Sequence record: NC_061418.1
Strand: one strand, 5' to 3'
Length of the DNA stretch: 64,000 nucleotides
Within the stretch, counting starts at the first letter, position 1, and every line of letters begins with the position of its first letter. The notes beneath the pieces are model-generated. The model had not been told where the DNA came from and ran no database searches. It saw only the letters and a program-made list of their open reading frames with translations. Position numbers and translations under genes: made by a program. Shown here piece after piece: positions 51,953 through 61,014 of this stretch.

Positions 51953-52394
51953 CGGGTTCGTTCCTTATTGAACTGTCTTTGGTAAAGGTGAAGTCAAACG
52001 CTTCGATTGATTCTATCTGGGCGATTCTGCCGTAGTCAGAATTAATGATAAGGGACTGACTGCGCATAGCAAAACCAGAAAGGTCTGGAAAAAGATTTCT
52101 GAATCCGATCGCCTCGGGGGAAAGCGCAATGTCAGCATAAAGCCAGATGGCGCCACTGGAACAATTGTTAACGATCTCGTAACCTACTAGATACCCTGCG
52201 CTTTGATTCCGTGAAAAGGATTTTTCCCAATCATCGGCCTGTGCGAACGTGACGTAACCGATACTGCCAAAGTTCAGGATCTTCTGCATTTGGGCTTCCA
52301 GTCGATCAAGTGTAATGTTGTACTGATCAGCATTACGAAAATCACTGGGCGCATTGAAATTCATTAACTCTAAATTCCGTATCAATTCTGACAT
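51927..52394 (-). CDS. hypothetical protein, possible degenerate prohead-protease-fold paralog
   Basis: LYADIALSP...FAMRS...IEAFDF pattern. Confidence 0.5.
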   Translation of the reverse strand: MSELIRNLELMNFNAPSDFRNADQYNITLDRLEAQMQKILNFGSIGYVTFAQADDWEKSFSRNQSAGYLVGYEIVNNCSSGAIWLYADIALSPEAIGFRNLFPDLSGFAMRSQSLIINSDYGRIAQIESIEAFDFTFTKDSSIRNEPVEKHKRRR

Positions 52395-52412
52395 TGGCTT
52401 TACCCCACGATT

Positions 52413-52940
52413 TTATCCTCCGAAAGAATGGGAGGAAAAAGAAGAATGCGAACGAGATGTCGAACCAAATCCCGAACGGGTCACTGTTTTCACGCCTGAG
52501 AAACCATTAGAGGTTCGTGTAGGCGCGAATTCTGTACCGCTACGAGAACGAAAGGTTTCGCTATTTCGTGATCGATAGAAAGGCTGTGCGTAGCTCCCTG
52601 TACCGCCATAGGAATAATAATGCGGGTATGGGTAGAAATGCGACCCACCATGGGACGTGTATTCACAGCGATTGTTGTCGTTATCTTTCTCACATTCTTC
52701 TTTGGTACGGTAGGGTTTTCCTGTCACCTTTGCGTTATCAACTGCTGACTTATACGCGTTGGTGCAATTAGCAGAATAGTCGTTGAGTGTCTTCTGACAT
52801 TCTGAGATCGAACCGTATGGGCGATAAGTGTCGTCAGAGACGTCGCACCCGGATAAGAAAGCACTGGCGATAATCACCCCACCCGCCAGAATAATTCTTT
52901 TACGGAATCTCGCCTTAGAAATATTTTTTGTTCTTTTCAT
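52413..52940 (-). CDS. ygiB: YgiB-like (DUF1190) lipoprotein
   Basis: MKRTKNI..A.FRK N-terminus as in E. coli YgiB; lipobox LSGC; Y.SISEC, CTNAY and Y.TKEEC motifs; C-terminal VTRSGFG + Ser-rich tail. Confidence 0.8.
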   Translation of the reverse strand: MKRTKNISKARFRKRIILAGGVIIASAFLSGCDVSDDTYRPYGSISECQKTLNDYSANCTNAYKSAVDNAKVTGKPYRTKEECEKDNDNNRCEYTSHGGSHFYPYPHYYSYGGTGSYAQPFYRSRNSETFRSRSGTEFAPTRTSNGFSGVKTVTRSGFGSTSRSHSSFSSHSFGG

Positions 52941-52991
52941 TACCCCATCCTTTAAAAGTAAATAATCAAATAAATTAAACAGTATAAAAAA

Positions 52992-53015
52992 ATAGACAGG
53001 AGTAACCCTGTCTAT
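52992..53015 (-). terminator. intrinsic terminator
   Basis: ATAGACAGG-AGTAAC-CCTGTCTAT with a minus-strand T tract. Confidence 0.7.
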
Positions 53016-53042
53016 AGTGTAATAGTTTGTTAACGTAGGCGA

Positions 53043-53411
53043 TCAGTCAGAACGTCGCGCGACCGTCCAGGCAAATCCCCCGCTACCTTTTTGTACTTTG
53101 ATAACAATATCGGCAGCGAATTTTGTTTTGTTAGTGAGTGCCCTTACATCTAACGTCAACCATAATTGGCGATTGGCGGCGAGTACCGGTTGCGGTTTAG
53201 AAGGGTGTGACAACAGAGTCACACTATCGAACGTTCCGTCCGATGGTATCTCAGGCAGTGAATCAGAAAAAAGTTTCTTTACGTTTCTTTCCGTGATCGG
53301 TCCAAACTGATCCTCCGTGAAGGCAAGTAAATCATCTTCCTGTTCCCCGATAAGCAAGACAGTTTTATTGTCTTGCCACATGATCGCATTCAACGCATCT
53401 TGACAGGTCAT
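53043..53411 (-). CDS. hypothetical protein
   Basis: 122 aa with ATGA overlap. Confidence 0.75.
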   Translation of the reverse strand: MTCQDALNAIMWQDNKTVLLIGEQEDDLLAFTEDQFGPITERNVKKLFSDSLPEIPSDGTFDSVTLLSHPSKPQPVLAANRQLWLTLDVRALTNKTKFAADIVIKVQKGSGGFAWTVARRSD

Positions 53412-53857
53412 TCATTTTCTCCACTAAGTTTAGCTAAGCCACTTTTTCTTTCAGAGCGGTCAAAGCCGAAAGTCGTTAAATGTCCGTTGCTTAACTCGAA
53501 ATGCGCGATGATATCCGCTACAAATAATGTTTTGGCCGGGAAAGCGTAATCTTGATAGAATCCCTGCGCAAATGAACCTTCGGAAAGAAATAATACCGAC
53601 CCTTTTCTCTCGCCAATAGAAGGGAAAATCTGTGAAAGCTGTCTCGATGCACTAATGAAACGATCGTCCGGATTATAATAGATCGCCATGTCAAAACCGC
53701 CATGACGTTCAATGAGTTGATTTTTACGATTATGTTCTATAGGATCTAACCCCAATTCCTTTAATCCCATCAACAACGCTTTTTCATTATTACCTGTAAC
53801 GAGAACGAATTTTTCATTAGTGTTACTTATTAAAGTTTTCAATGTCTCGATATTCAT
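53408..53857 (-). CDS. hypothetical protein
   Basis: 149 aa; GAGGAG RBS. Confidence 0.75.
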   Translation of the reverse strand: MNIETLKTLISNTNEKFVLVTGNNEKALLMGLKELGLDPIEHNRKNQLIERHGGFDMAIYYNPDDRFISASRQLSQIFPSIGERKGSVLFLSEGSFAQGFYQDYAFPAKTLFVADIIAHFELSNGHLTTFGFDRSERKSGLAKLSGENE

Positions 53858-53884
53858 GATATTTCTCCTCTGTTTAAAATATAA

Positions 53885-53907
53885 GTAAGGGGTATAAAAC
53901 CCCTTAC
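53885..53907 (-). terminator. terminator-like hairpin
   Basis: GTAAGGGGT-ATAAA-ACCCCTTAC. Confidence 0.7.
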
Positions 53908-53911
53908 CGTT

Positions 53912-54211
53912 TTATTTGCGATACGCTTTCGTGCCGTTGTCTGTCTGCTGAGTGTACTTGTTCTCAGAAGGGCAATACGGATCACGGGCGGCATAACTTC
54001 CCCCTAAGACAGGCGCAATGCTTCTCCCTTCTACGTAGAAGTACTCGCAACCAGTCGCGTGATCGATGATAATCCGTAAATAACCATCATCCATAGACTT
54101 CTTCTCGAAGCGCCCCGCATAGTTATTATCGGGGTCATCCCACACCGTAATAGTGTCAGCTAACGCCCCGTGCGAGAACAACAGTATCAGAACAAGAAAA
54201 AGTTTATTCAC
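53912..54211 (-). CDS. exported protein, DUF6440-like
   Basis: Signal peptide ending ALA; IIIDHATGCEYFY...IAPVL motif. Confidence 0.6.
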   Translation of the reverse strand: MNKLFLVLILLFSHGALADTITVWDDPDNNYAGRFEKKSMDDGYLRIIIDHATGCEYFYVEGRSIAPVLGGSYAARDPYCPSENKYTQQTDNGTKAYRK

Positions 54212-54659
54212 TTAACATTACCCCCGAGACCCCGTATTTGTTTCGCCAGACAGAGAAGGAGATTCCTTTCTCAGTGCGTTTAGCTTCTAACCAAACAGAT
54301 GAAAAGTATTTAATCTCGTCACCTGAACCCCCTACCGAAAGCCACAATTTCTTGCCATTAGAAGAATTCGACGAGCGAATGGCTTTCATGACAGAATGAA
54401 CAGAATCGATATAACTTGAAGTCGGGGACGTTAATTTTTGTTCGCCTAATCGGTTCTCCCAAAACGTTACGCTGTCAACTTCCCCGTAGCAGAACTTTGT
54501 CATATTCTGTTGCAATAGCGCAATCTGGGCGACATTGGTGACTTTGTTACTAAAAAGCATGTCAACTGCAGAGAGGAGCAGATCCTCATCTTTAGCAGTC
54601 AGTAACAGGGAAGCCTTTTCTTGATCAGTAAAACCTTTTATTAATTCTTCGATATTCAT
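54204..54659 (-). CDS. hypothetical protein
   Basis: 151 aa; GGAAG RBS. Confidence 0.75.
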   Translation of the reverse strand: MNIEELIKGFTDQEKASLLLTAKDEDLLLSAVDMLFSNKVTNVAQIALLQQNMTKFCYGEVDSVTFWENRLGEQKLTSPTSSYIDSVHSVMKAIRSSNSSNGKKLWLSVGGSGDEIKYFSSVWLEAKRTEKGISFSVWRNKYGVSGVMLSE

Positions 54660-54667
54660 ATTCTTCC

Positions 54668-55231
54668 TTAATTAAAACGGTTAGTCATGGCCAGCGGATT
54701 GACTTTAAAATGCTTATCGGTTTCTATCTGACGAGCTAATCGCGTAACTTCATCAGCGGCGATAATGTTATATTCATTTCCAATTGCCAGAATTACGCAT
54801 GGTTTCTCTACTTGGACAGAGAAACCCAAGGCATTATGTCGATTGATCACCTCGTAAGTCTTCTTCAATCGGCTTTCTTCTCCCTGTTCGATATTTAACC
54901 CAACCTCTTTCAGACCGTTGATAAAGTCTTGCAGATCTTGAAGAGTGTAAACAGGGAAAAGATGACCATTACCTGGTACAGCTTTTGTCCGTTGAAAGAA
55001 ACGAGTAACTGACGGGAGAAGTTTAAAACGAGGGACCGGGAATTCTCCAGATGTAACGGTTTCATTGAATTCCTTTTCCGATCGATGGTAAATCGTACCG
55101 TCTCCGTTCAACGGGTAGTAACTAACAGAAGTCTCCCCATCAGTGTCATTATTAGCAGAAGTCGCTAAACCGGATACAATGTAAATTTCGCCTTTATAAT
55201 GCCTATATACCTGCCCGATAGAAATGGTCAT
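54668..55231 (-). CDS. DUF1653-domain (SH3-like) protein with C-terminal extension
   Basis: GQVYRHYKGEIYIV...VSYYPL...IYHRSEKEF. Confidence 0.75.
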   Translation of the reverse strand: MTISIGQVYRHYKGEIYIVSGLATSANNDTDGETSVSYYPLNGDGTIYHRSEKEFNETVTSGEFPVPRFKLLPSVTRFFQRTKAVPGNGHLFPVYTLQDLQDFINGLKEVGLNIEQGEESRLKKTYEVINRHNALGFSVQVEKPCVILAIGNEYNIIAADEVTRLARQIETDKHFKVNPLAMTNRFN

Positions 55232-55590
55232 TTCCCCGCCTTAAATTCATTAATTTCGATCCCGTAAACTTCGCAACTGATTTCGTTGTATGCTACGGCC
55301 GCGTTGACAGTGAAGCTATTGCTATTCCTGTCCATTGCCAATAATCCCAGTGGCAACACTTTAACGTGTTCTTTCACCCTGACACCACCTTGGTAATAGG
55401 CCCCTACCGGTTCGAGAGGACCCGTTACCTCTACCCATTTGTGGTAGGCAAGGTTTTCCACAGAACCCCCATTAAGAAGTTTCTCTGAGAAATATTCACC
55501 CATCACAGATTTGAGATGGCCACGGCAATCGACAGCGACCGCATTAAGAGAAACACCCGCCAGTAAAACTGCTAAAATCATCTTTTTCAT
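55228..55590 (-). CDS. exported protein with Sec signal peptide
   Basis: MKKMILAVLLAGVSLNAVA; two Cys; start ATG 55590. Confidence 0.75.
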   Translation of the reverse strand: MKKMILAVLLAGVSLNAVAVDCRGHLKSVMGEYFSEKLLNGGSVENLAYHKWVEVTGPLEPVGAYYQGGVRVKEHVKVLPLGLLAMDRNSNSFTVNAAVAYNEISCEVYGIEINEFKAGK

Positions 55591-55595
55591 ATTTG

Positions 55596-56237
55596 TTACT
55601 CCCAAAACTCCCAATTAATTCCTTTACGAATTTCTTCGATGGTTTCTTTATAAGTTTCACCTAATGGTCTACGAGAAGAATTGAAGGAAAAAGACCCTTC
55701 TTCGTTAAAATGATATCGTCGGTCTTCGTCTGTATCAAAATAAAGAACAACTCCGTCTTTAACGAAACGACGTTCTTCAAGACCTTCACGCGGGTAAAGA
55801 AATTCACGCCAGCTCGGTTCACGAACGTAACCTTTCCGAGCTGCTAAATGATCAAGTGAAATTTCAGTAATTCTCCATTGTATTTCTGGTCGAGGGTCAC
55901 TGTACCCCAAATCGACGAAGAACTGAATGAAGTCGGATACGGCGATATTTGGAACTATACCTTTGAATCTCGCCGATTGGAAGAGGATAATTCCATCTTT
56001 GATCTCTACCGTCAGATCACTCGGTGAAAATATTTGAGTGTTATTTTCGATTTTTAAGTGCGCGAAAATACGAAACGCAAATGAACCTGTTACATTTTCT
56101 TCGTTGATAGATAAGAATTCTAACAGTTTAGAAATGTACTTCCCTTTCGTTAAACGATTGAATTCGAATGCCAAAGAAAGATTTCCTTCAACCAATTCAA
56201 AGCGCACTTCTTCCCATTTTAAATTAAACTTACCCAT
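55596..56237 (-). CDS. hypothetical protein
   Basis: 213 aa. Confidence 0.75.
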   Translation of the reverse strand: MGKFNLKWEEVRFELVEGNLSLAFEFNRLTKGKYISKLLEFLSINEENVTGSFAFRIFAHLKIENNTQIFSPSDLTVEIKDGIILFQSARFKGIVPNIAVSDFIQFFVDLGYSDPRPEIQWRITEISLDHLAARKGYVREPSWREFLYPREGLEERRFVKDGVVLYFDTDEDRRYHFNEEGSFSFNSSRRPLGETYKETIEEIRKGINWEFWE

Positions 56238-56265
56238 TTGTTTTACCCCAATTCACCTAAAAAGA

Positions 56266-56286
56266 AAAGGGCGGAAACCGCCCTTT
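56266..56286 (-). terminator. intrinsic terminator
   Basis: AAAGGGCGG-AAA-CCGCCCTTT followed by TCTTTTT on the minus strand. Confidence 0.8.
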
Positions 56287-56290
56287 ATCG

Positions 56291-57778
56291 TTACTGACCG
56301 ATAGCCTGGTTCAGTTTCTCAATCGCCAGCCCCAACGCCGCCTGCGCGTCAATCTGCGCGTCAATGGCTTTCTGCGCTTCGGCGAAACGCATGACGATTT
56401 CATCACGTAACGGTTTGATAGCAGCAATCAACGCCTCGTTACGCTCTTTCTGTTCCAGCTCAATTGCAACGCGTTCGAGTTCCAGAATCTGTTTACGGAC
56501 GTCAGTGGATGTTGCGGGTGCCATAGTTTGCTCTTTAAACTCGATCGGTGTGATAGGGTTTGGTACAGAGTTGGCCATTTCAGGGAGTGTTGCTAAGTTC
56601 ACCGGTCTAGCCTCTAAATGCGCCAACCGGTTAGGGTATTTCGAAGCATTAGTTTCCACAGTAGGTTCCCCTTCTTTCGCCCCTTTTTGTAACGCTTCCA
56701 TCACCGCCACTGCCATTGCAGTCGGTGCTTCAGTTTTCGTCCGATGAACAATCCCTACCGTATCTCCTTCTTCATTGAGTTTAATCCAGTTAACGTGGCA
56801 GCCAGGTTTGTTAGGGTGATCATCGCTGTAGATGGAGACAATACCCTTTTCTACTAACGGGTTCAAAATGGCGAAACGCGCTTCTTTACTCAATTCCGGT
56901 AGGTTAGGGAGATAGTTCCAAACCTGGTAGATCGGTAGTAAACTCTTAGACGCCTTCAGTAATTCTACGATCATGCCGCGGATAGCGGATTCGTTAACTT
57001 TTACCTGCGGTTTCGCTTCTTCTTTATTAGCGAAAGTATAGTCTTTTACCGCTTCCGGTAACACCGCTGTTTCAGCGTTAATGAAGTCAGGGTGAACAAA
57101 GCGCCCGACCGGGTACTTATATTTCTCCGGCTGCCATTCTTTCTCTACTACGCCTTCGTAGGCTTTCAGGTAGGAAAGAACTTGTTGACGAGGTGCGCCT
57201 TTCAGGTAGCGATACTCTTTGACCGACTCATCAATCTCAGTACGGGTAAAACCTTTCGGGTCAGTGAGGAGAAAGGCTTTGATTTTATCGGCCGCGTTAA
57301 TCAGTTTTACATCGACCAGGTGTTCGGCGCGAAGCGATTCAAAATCAACGACGGTTTTGGTTGTAACCGGTTTTTCTTGGGTGGCCATTTCTTTCTCCTC
57401 TTTGATAGGCGGGATAATGCGTTCCAGACGACTGCGTTTCTTAGTGACAATGGTCTGTTTACCTGCGCCGGTGATATGAACCACCGAACCAGACGGGCGT
57501 TCTTTCTCTGGCTGCGCAAGGACGTTAATCGGCGCCGTAAACATTTTGTGACGAAGGAGCGGTGCACACTTGACACCCTTTTGCGTTATCTCCGTTACGA
57601 CGATTCTGTTTTTCTCAATGACGTACTTGAGTAAGATATCCAGTTCTTTCTTCTTCAGTGAGCGTAGAGAAGGAATTTTAGACTGGAGCAGGTCATAGGT
57701 CATTCCTTCGGGCAAACGCTCCAGAAAGCGACTCAGTTCTTCATACGGCAGATATAAGTTTTCTTGTAAACGGATCAT
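56291..57778 (-). CDS. multi-domain protein: three putative winged-helix repeats + C-terminal coiled coil
   Basis: Internal repeats at aa ~13-77, ~164-230 and ~267-334; heptad-rich C-terminus. Confidence 0.6.
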   Translation of the reverse strand: MIRLQENLYLPYEELSRFLERLPEGMTYDLLQSKIPSLRSLKKKELDILLKYVIEKNRIVVTEITQKGVKCAPLLRHKMFTAPINVLAQPEKERPSGSVVHITGAGKQTIVTKKRSRLERIIPPIKEEKEMATQEKPVTTKTVVDFESLRAEHLVDVKLINAADKIKAFLLTDPKGFTRTEIDESVKEYRYLKGAPRQQVLSYLKAYEGVVEKEWQPEKYKYPVGRFVHPDFINAETAVLPEAVKDYTFANKEEAKPQVKVNESAIRGMIVELLKASKSLLPIYQVWNYLPNLPELSKEARFAILNPLVEKGIVSIYSDDHPNKPGCHVNWIKLNEEGDTVGIVHRTKTEAPTAMAVAVMEALQKGAKEGEPTVETNASKYPNRLAHLEARPVNLATLPEMANSVPNPITPIEFKEQTMAPATSTDVRKQILELERVAIELEQKERNEALIAAIKPLRDEIVMRFAEAQKAIDAQIDAQAALGLAIEKLNQAIGQ

Positions 57779-57809
57779 TGTATTTCTCCTTCTTCTTTTA
57801 CTGGTTTAG

Positions 57810-58181
57810 TTATTTGACTAACATTTGTAACGAGGCAATAACTGCTTTCAGTTCCTCATTACTGAGAACAAGGTAGGTCGAATCTTTTTCAAATAAGCCA
57901 TCGCGGCTCGTTGCGAAAAGATCCATGGGAATATCGGAGGAAATGTCACACGTTTTCATCTCCCCTAGGATGAAATCATTGAGTTCAACTCGTTCTTCTG
58001 AGGATCTGACTTCAATGTCAATTAAGGGTCTAAACACAAAGTCATCGCGTAGCGATTCGTATTTAACATTTAGAGCTAGATAACCCGGCTCTATTTGCCC
58101 CTCTGTCCAATCCGCTGGTCCAAATACAAAAAGTGTCCCGGAAGGTAATTTAAGAAATTCTTCTTTAGAATAAAGTTTCAT
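57810..58181 (-). CDS. hypothetical protein, first gene after an early promoter
   Basis: 123 aa; AGGAG RBS. Confidence 0.8.
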   Translation of the reverse strand: MKLYSKEEFLKLPSGTLFVFGPADWTEGQIEPGYLALNVKYESLRDDFVFRPLIDIEVRSSEERVELNDFILGEMKTCDISSDIPMDLFATSRDGLFEKDSTYLVLSNEELKAVIASLQMLVK

Positions 58182-58250
58182 TGTATTTCTCCTATACTAG
58201 ACTGACAAAAATGAAATCGAATTTAATACATTCAACTATGTTGCATAACG

Positions 58251-58263
58251 GAGATATATACAT
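58251..58263 (-). promoter_or_regulatory. candidate early promoter (ATGTATATATCTC)
   Basis: Shares ATGTATATAT with the 6230, 27186 and 49005 elements. Confidence 0.55.
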
Positions 58264-58280
58264 GAAACAAATTGCATAAT

Positions 58281-58308
58281 TCCCTACAGCACGCAGGTGC
58301 TGTAGGGA
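58281..58308 (-). terminator. terminator closing the NAD operon
   Basis: TCCCTACAGCAC-GCAG-GTGCTGTAGGGA. Confidence 0.8.
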
Positions 58309-58324
58309 ACGTTATGTCTTTAAA

Positions 58325-60106
58325 CTACAACCACTGCGCCGCACGTTGACGAATAGTACGAAGACTTTCCAGTACTTTCACGTCGCCGTTCAGGTACACA
58401 GTCCGCATCGCGTCAACCTCACTACCTCGAAGTGCTTCATACTCTTCACGGGTCAGGTTATCACGCAGTTCGAGTTTTCCGTTCTCGCCCTTCGCAACGA
58501 TCAGGTAACCTTTTGCCGATTTTTTGGTGCCATCGTCGGTTTTCGGGTTTTTCGCGATAGAGTAATGTTTACTGTTAACCTTCCCAGCGGTCGCCTTCAT
58601 GGCGATGCCCAGGGTGTCACGGGTAACATACTGGAATTCGAAACTGCCCACACCAAAGACCACGTTGGAACTACAGAACCCGTTCGCTTTCAAACGAGAA
58701 AGGATCTGGGTCATGCGGGTCAATGTGATTGCATCCCCGTAAATCAAACCGACATGCGGATCCAGTTCTTTGTAACCCGCAGCATTGGTTGTTCCGCCGA
58801 AGATTTCAAAAAGGATTTGCACGGCCCCTTTTTTCTCTTCCAAAGAAATAGGTTTACCGCTTTCAGTCGAATAGAAAACGTTGTCGATACAATAGCACTC
58901 GTATCCGTTTTCAGAAGAAAAACGACGAACATTTTCTTCTGTTTTCTCTCGACTTAATTCCGAGTAGAGCGTTTCACCGTCGATTCGCGGGTCGGGATAA
59001 ATACCAGCAGAAAGGTGATTATCGCCATCCCAAGTATAGCCGCAGAGGATGTGATACGGGTTACCGCTATCCGGACGATAGACCAGTTTACCGTCACGCG
59101 CCATAATCGCATCTTTATTAGCGATGGCTTTGGTGGTGATGGTATCGAAGAAGTCGTTAGTATCGCTGACGAAGCTGAAAACGCCAGACGGATAAACTTC
59201 AGTGATCAGTCGACGTTGGAAAAGTTCTTCCGCTTTCGACAGCAGTTCCGCTTCAGTCGCATTCTTGTACCCCGGAGTAGCTTGTAACTGCTCGACATAG
59301 ACTGCGATGTTCAAACAGGTTACACTGTGCTCTGTAGCGGGCACACTCCCGGCGATTTCAGAAATCGGCATATCGCCTTCTGGGTTATAGAAGCGATTCG
59401 CTGTCCAGACCGAAGGGAAGCTATCGCTCCCTTTGAAGTAGATCAGCTGACCGACTGAGCTGTTGGCATCATCGAACATACCCGACATACCGCGCAGTGC
59501 GAAGTTATGAGATTGGTAGTCGATAAAGGCTTTTGCCGCACCCGTTTCGTTAGCGTACTGCTCTAACACTCGACGGAAGTGCAACGCTTTCGTTGCCAGC
59601 ACACATGGCTTCCAGAGTTCGTTACTCCAGAGGTCTTCGAAATAACCCGTCAGCCACCCGAAGCCATCCACTGTGTTTTCAATCGTCAGGAATGGAACAC
59701 GAATAGGGACGAGTGAGCCTTCCGGTACCGCACGGATTTCCAGTGGGAGATAACCCAGCTCGTGAAGTGCTTTCAGGTGAGCGGATTTCACCACACCTTT
59801 ACCCAGAACACCATCCATATACTGAAGGTATTCTGCCTCCGATTCGTTGAACGGCGCTTTAAAGAAGTTATCGAAACTTCCCACCAACCAACGCAGAACC
59901 AGGCGCTGCATTCCCATGAACACCGAACCGTCGAAGTCCAGAGGCGTATTGAAGTACGTATGACTACGCGCCGTCAGGTTTTCAAAGAAGCTGTCAGTGC
60001 CCAGAGGTTGTTGATTGATGTGCCCCGTTTTGTAGGCGTCGCACAGCAGGAAAACCAGCGGATCTTCAGTATAGAACTTTGGGTCTTTCAGTAAAGGGTT
60101 GGTCAT
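58325..60106 (-). CDS. nadV: nicotinamide phosphoribosyltransferase-like enzyme (NadV family; probable NARP1 Namat)
   Basis: CDAYKTGH, HNFALRGM, VPATEHSV, VSDT.DF, RPDSGNP, IYGDAIT and FGVGSF motifs. Confidence 0.9.
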   Translation of the reverse strand: MTNPLLKDPKFYTEDPLVFLLCDAYKTGHINQQPLGTDSFFENLTARSHTYFNTPLDFDGSVFMGMQRLVLRWLVGSFDNFFKAPFNESEAEYLQYMDGVLGKGVVKSAHLKALHELGYLPLEIRAVPEGSLVPIRVPFLTIENTVDGFGWLTGYFEDLWSNELWKPCVLATKALHFRRVLEQYANETGAAKAFIDYQSHNFALRGMSGMFDDANSSVGQLIYFKGSDSFPSVWTANRFYNPEGDMPISEIAGSVPATEHSVTCLNIAVYVEQLQATPGYKNATEAELLSKAEELFQRRLITEVYPSGVFSFVSDTNDFFDTITTKAIANKDAIMARDGKLVYRPDSGNPYHILCGYTWDGDNHLSAGIYPDPRIDGETLYSELSREKTEENVRRFSSENGYECYCIDNVFYSTESGKPISLEEKKGAVQILFEIFGGTTNAAGYKELDPHVGLIYGDAITLTRMTQILSRLKANGFCSSNVVFGVGSFEFQYVTRDTLGIAMKATAGKVNSKHYSIAKNPKTDDGTKKSAKGYLIVAKGENGKLELRDNLTREEYEALRGSEVDAMRTVYLNGDVKVLESLRTIRQRAAQWL

Positions 60107-60966
60107 TTCACACGTCCATCTTTAGCAGTTAAATAAGATTGGGTTGGTAACCCGTCGTCAGTGATATTTTCCCACCAAACGTTGGTTGAGAAAATCTGAT
60201 CAAAAGCGATAGAGAGTTCACCCAGGCCCTTGGAAAAAATTCCATGGGTCACGAAGAGACTGAGCGATTTCGGGTTTTGGGTATTGAGTTTTTTCGCCAG
60301 CTCAGTGAAAGTCCACCCACCATCGCAGATGTCGTCGACAACCAACAAATTACGACCTTCGATATTGTCATTGTCCAATAACGTAATGTCGAGAATGTTG
60401 CCGGTTTTAGTATCGCGCTTTTTGTTTGCGTAAACGATAGGCACCCCGCCGAGTAGTTTTGCCAACTCTTCAGTTTTCTTCGCCGCGCCGCCGTCCGGTG
60501 AAACTAACACGACGTTATTTTCCCGAATCCAATTAGCCAATAAATTGTAGACAATTTTTGACTGTTCCAGGACGACGAGGTTTTTGATCAGTGCCGGGGT
60601 AACGTTAGAGTGCGGATCGTGTATCAACACTCGGTCTGCTTTCAGGCTGTTGAACAGTTCAGCAAAAACGCCGAGCGAAAACGATTCGCCTGCATTACAG
60701 ACACGGTCCTGCCGCGCATACGGGAAATAAGGCACGACTAAATGGAGTTCTGTTTTCGCCGTGTATTTCCCAATACGACGAATAGCATCGACCAGTAACA
60801 GTAGACGCACTGCCTCGGTGGAGGATTTGATACTTCCTTCTATTTTAACAACACCGATATCATGAGGTGGTAGACCATGACGATTAATGGCGATATGTTC
60901 CTCGCCACCCGGGAAAGTTAAATTTTCATAAAGGACCGGTTGGTCATCAAACGTAACTTTAAACAT
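60103..60966 (-). CDS. prs: ribose-phosphate pyrophosphokinase-like enzyme (probable NARP1 Adps)
   Basis: FPGGE, VPYFPYARQDR, DPHS, VSPDGGA and VVDDICDGGWTF motifs; ATGA overlap with nadV. Confidence 0.9.
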   Translation of the reverse strand: MFKVTFDDQPVLYENLTFPGGEEHIAINRHGLPPHDIGVVKIEGSIKSSTEAVRLLLLVDAIRRIGKYTAKTELHLVVPYFPYARQDRVCNAGESFSLGVFAELFNSLKADRVLIHDPHSNVTPALIKNLVVLEQSKIVYNLLANWIRENNVVLVSPDGGAAKKTEELAKLLGGVPIVYANKKRDTKTGNILDITLLDNDNIEGRNLLVVDDICDGGWTFTELAKKLNTQNPKSLSLFVTHGIFSKGLGELSIAFDQIFSTNVWWENITDDGLPTQSYLTAKDGRVK

Positions 60967-61014
60967 TATAACCCCTTTGAAAGTGTTAAAACTTAATCTT
61001 CAAAATAAATATTA

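Noticed and set aside
57092-57634. Long plus-strand ORFs opposite real genes (also 58346-58957, 48354-48806, 32359-32805, 24519-24881, 28366-28716)
   Set aside because: Each lies antisense to a better-supported CDS with an RBS and motifs; translations look compositionally random
57776-58193. Identical AGGAGAAATACAATG at two consecutive gene starts
   Set aside because: Explained by an optimal RBS and spacer; too short to imply a mobile repeat
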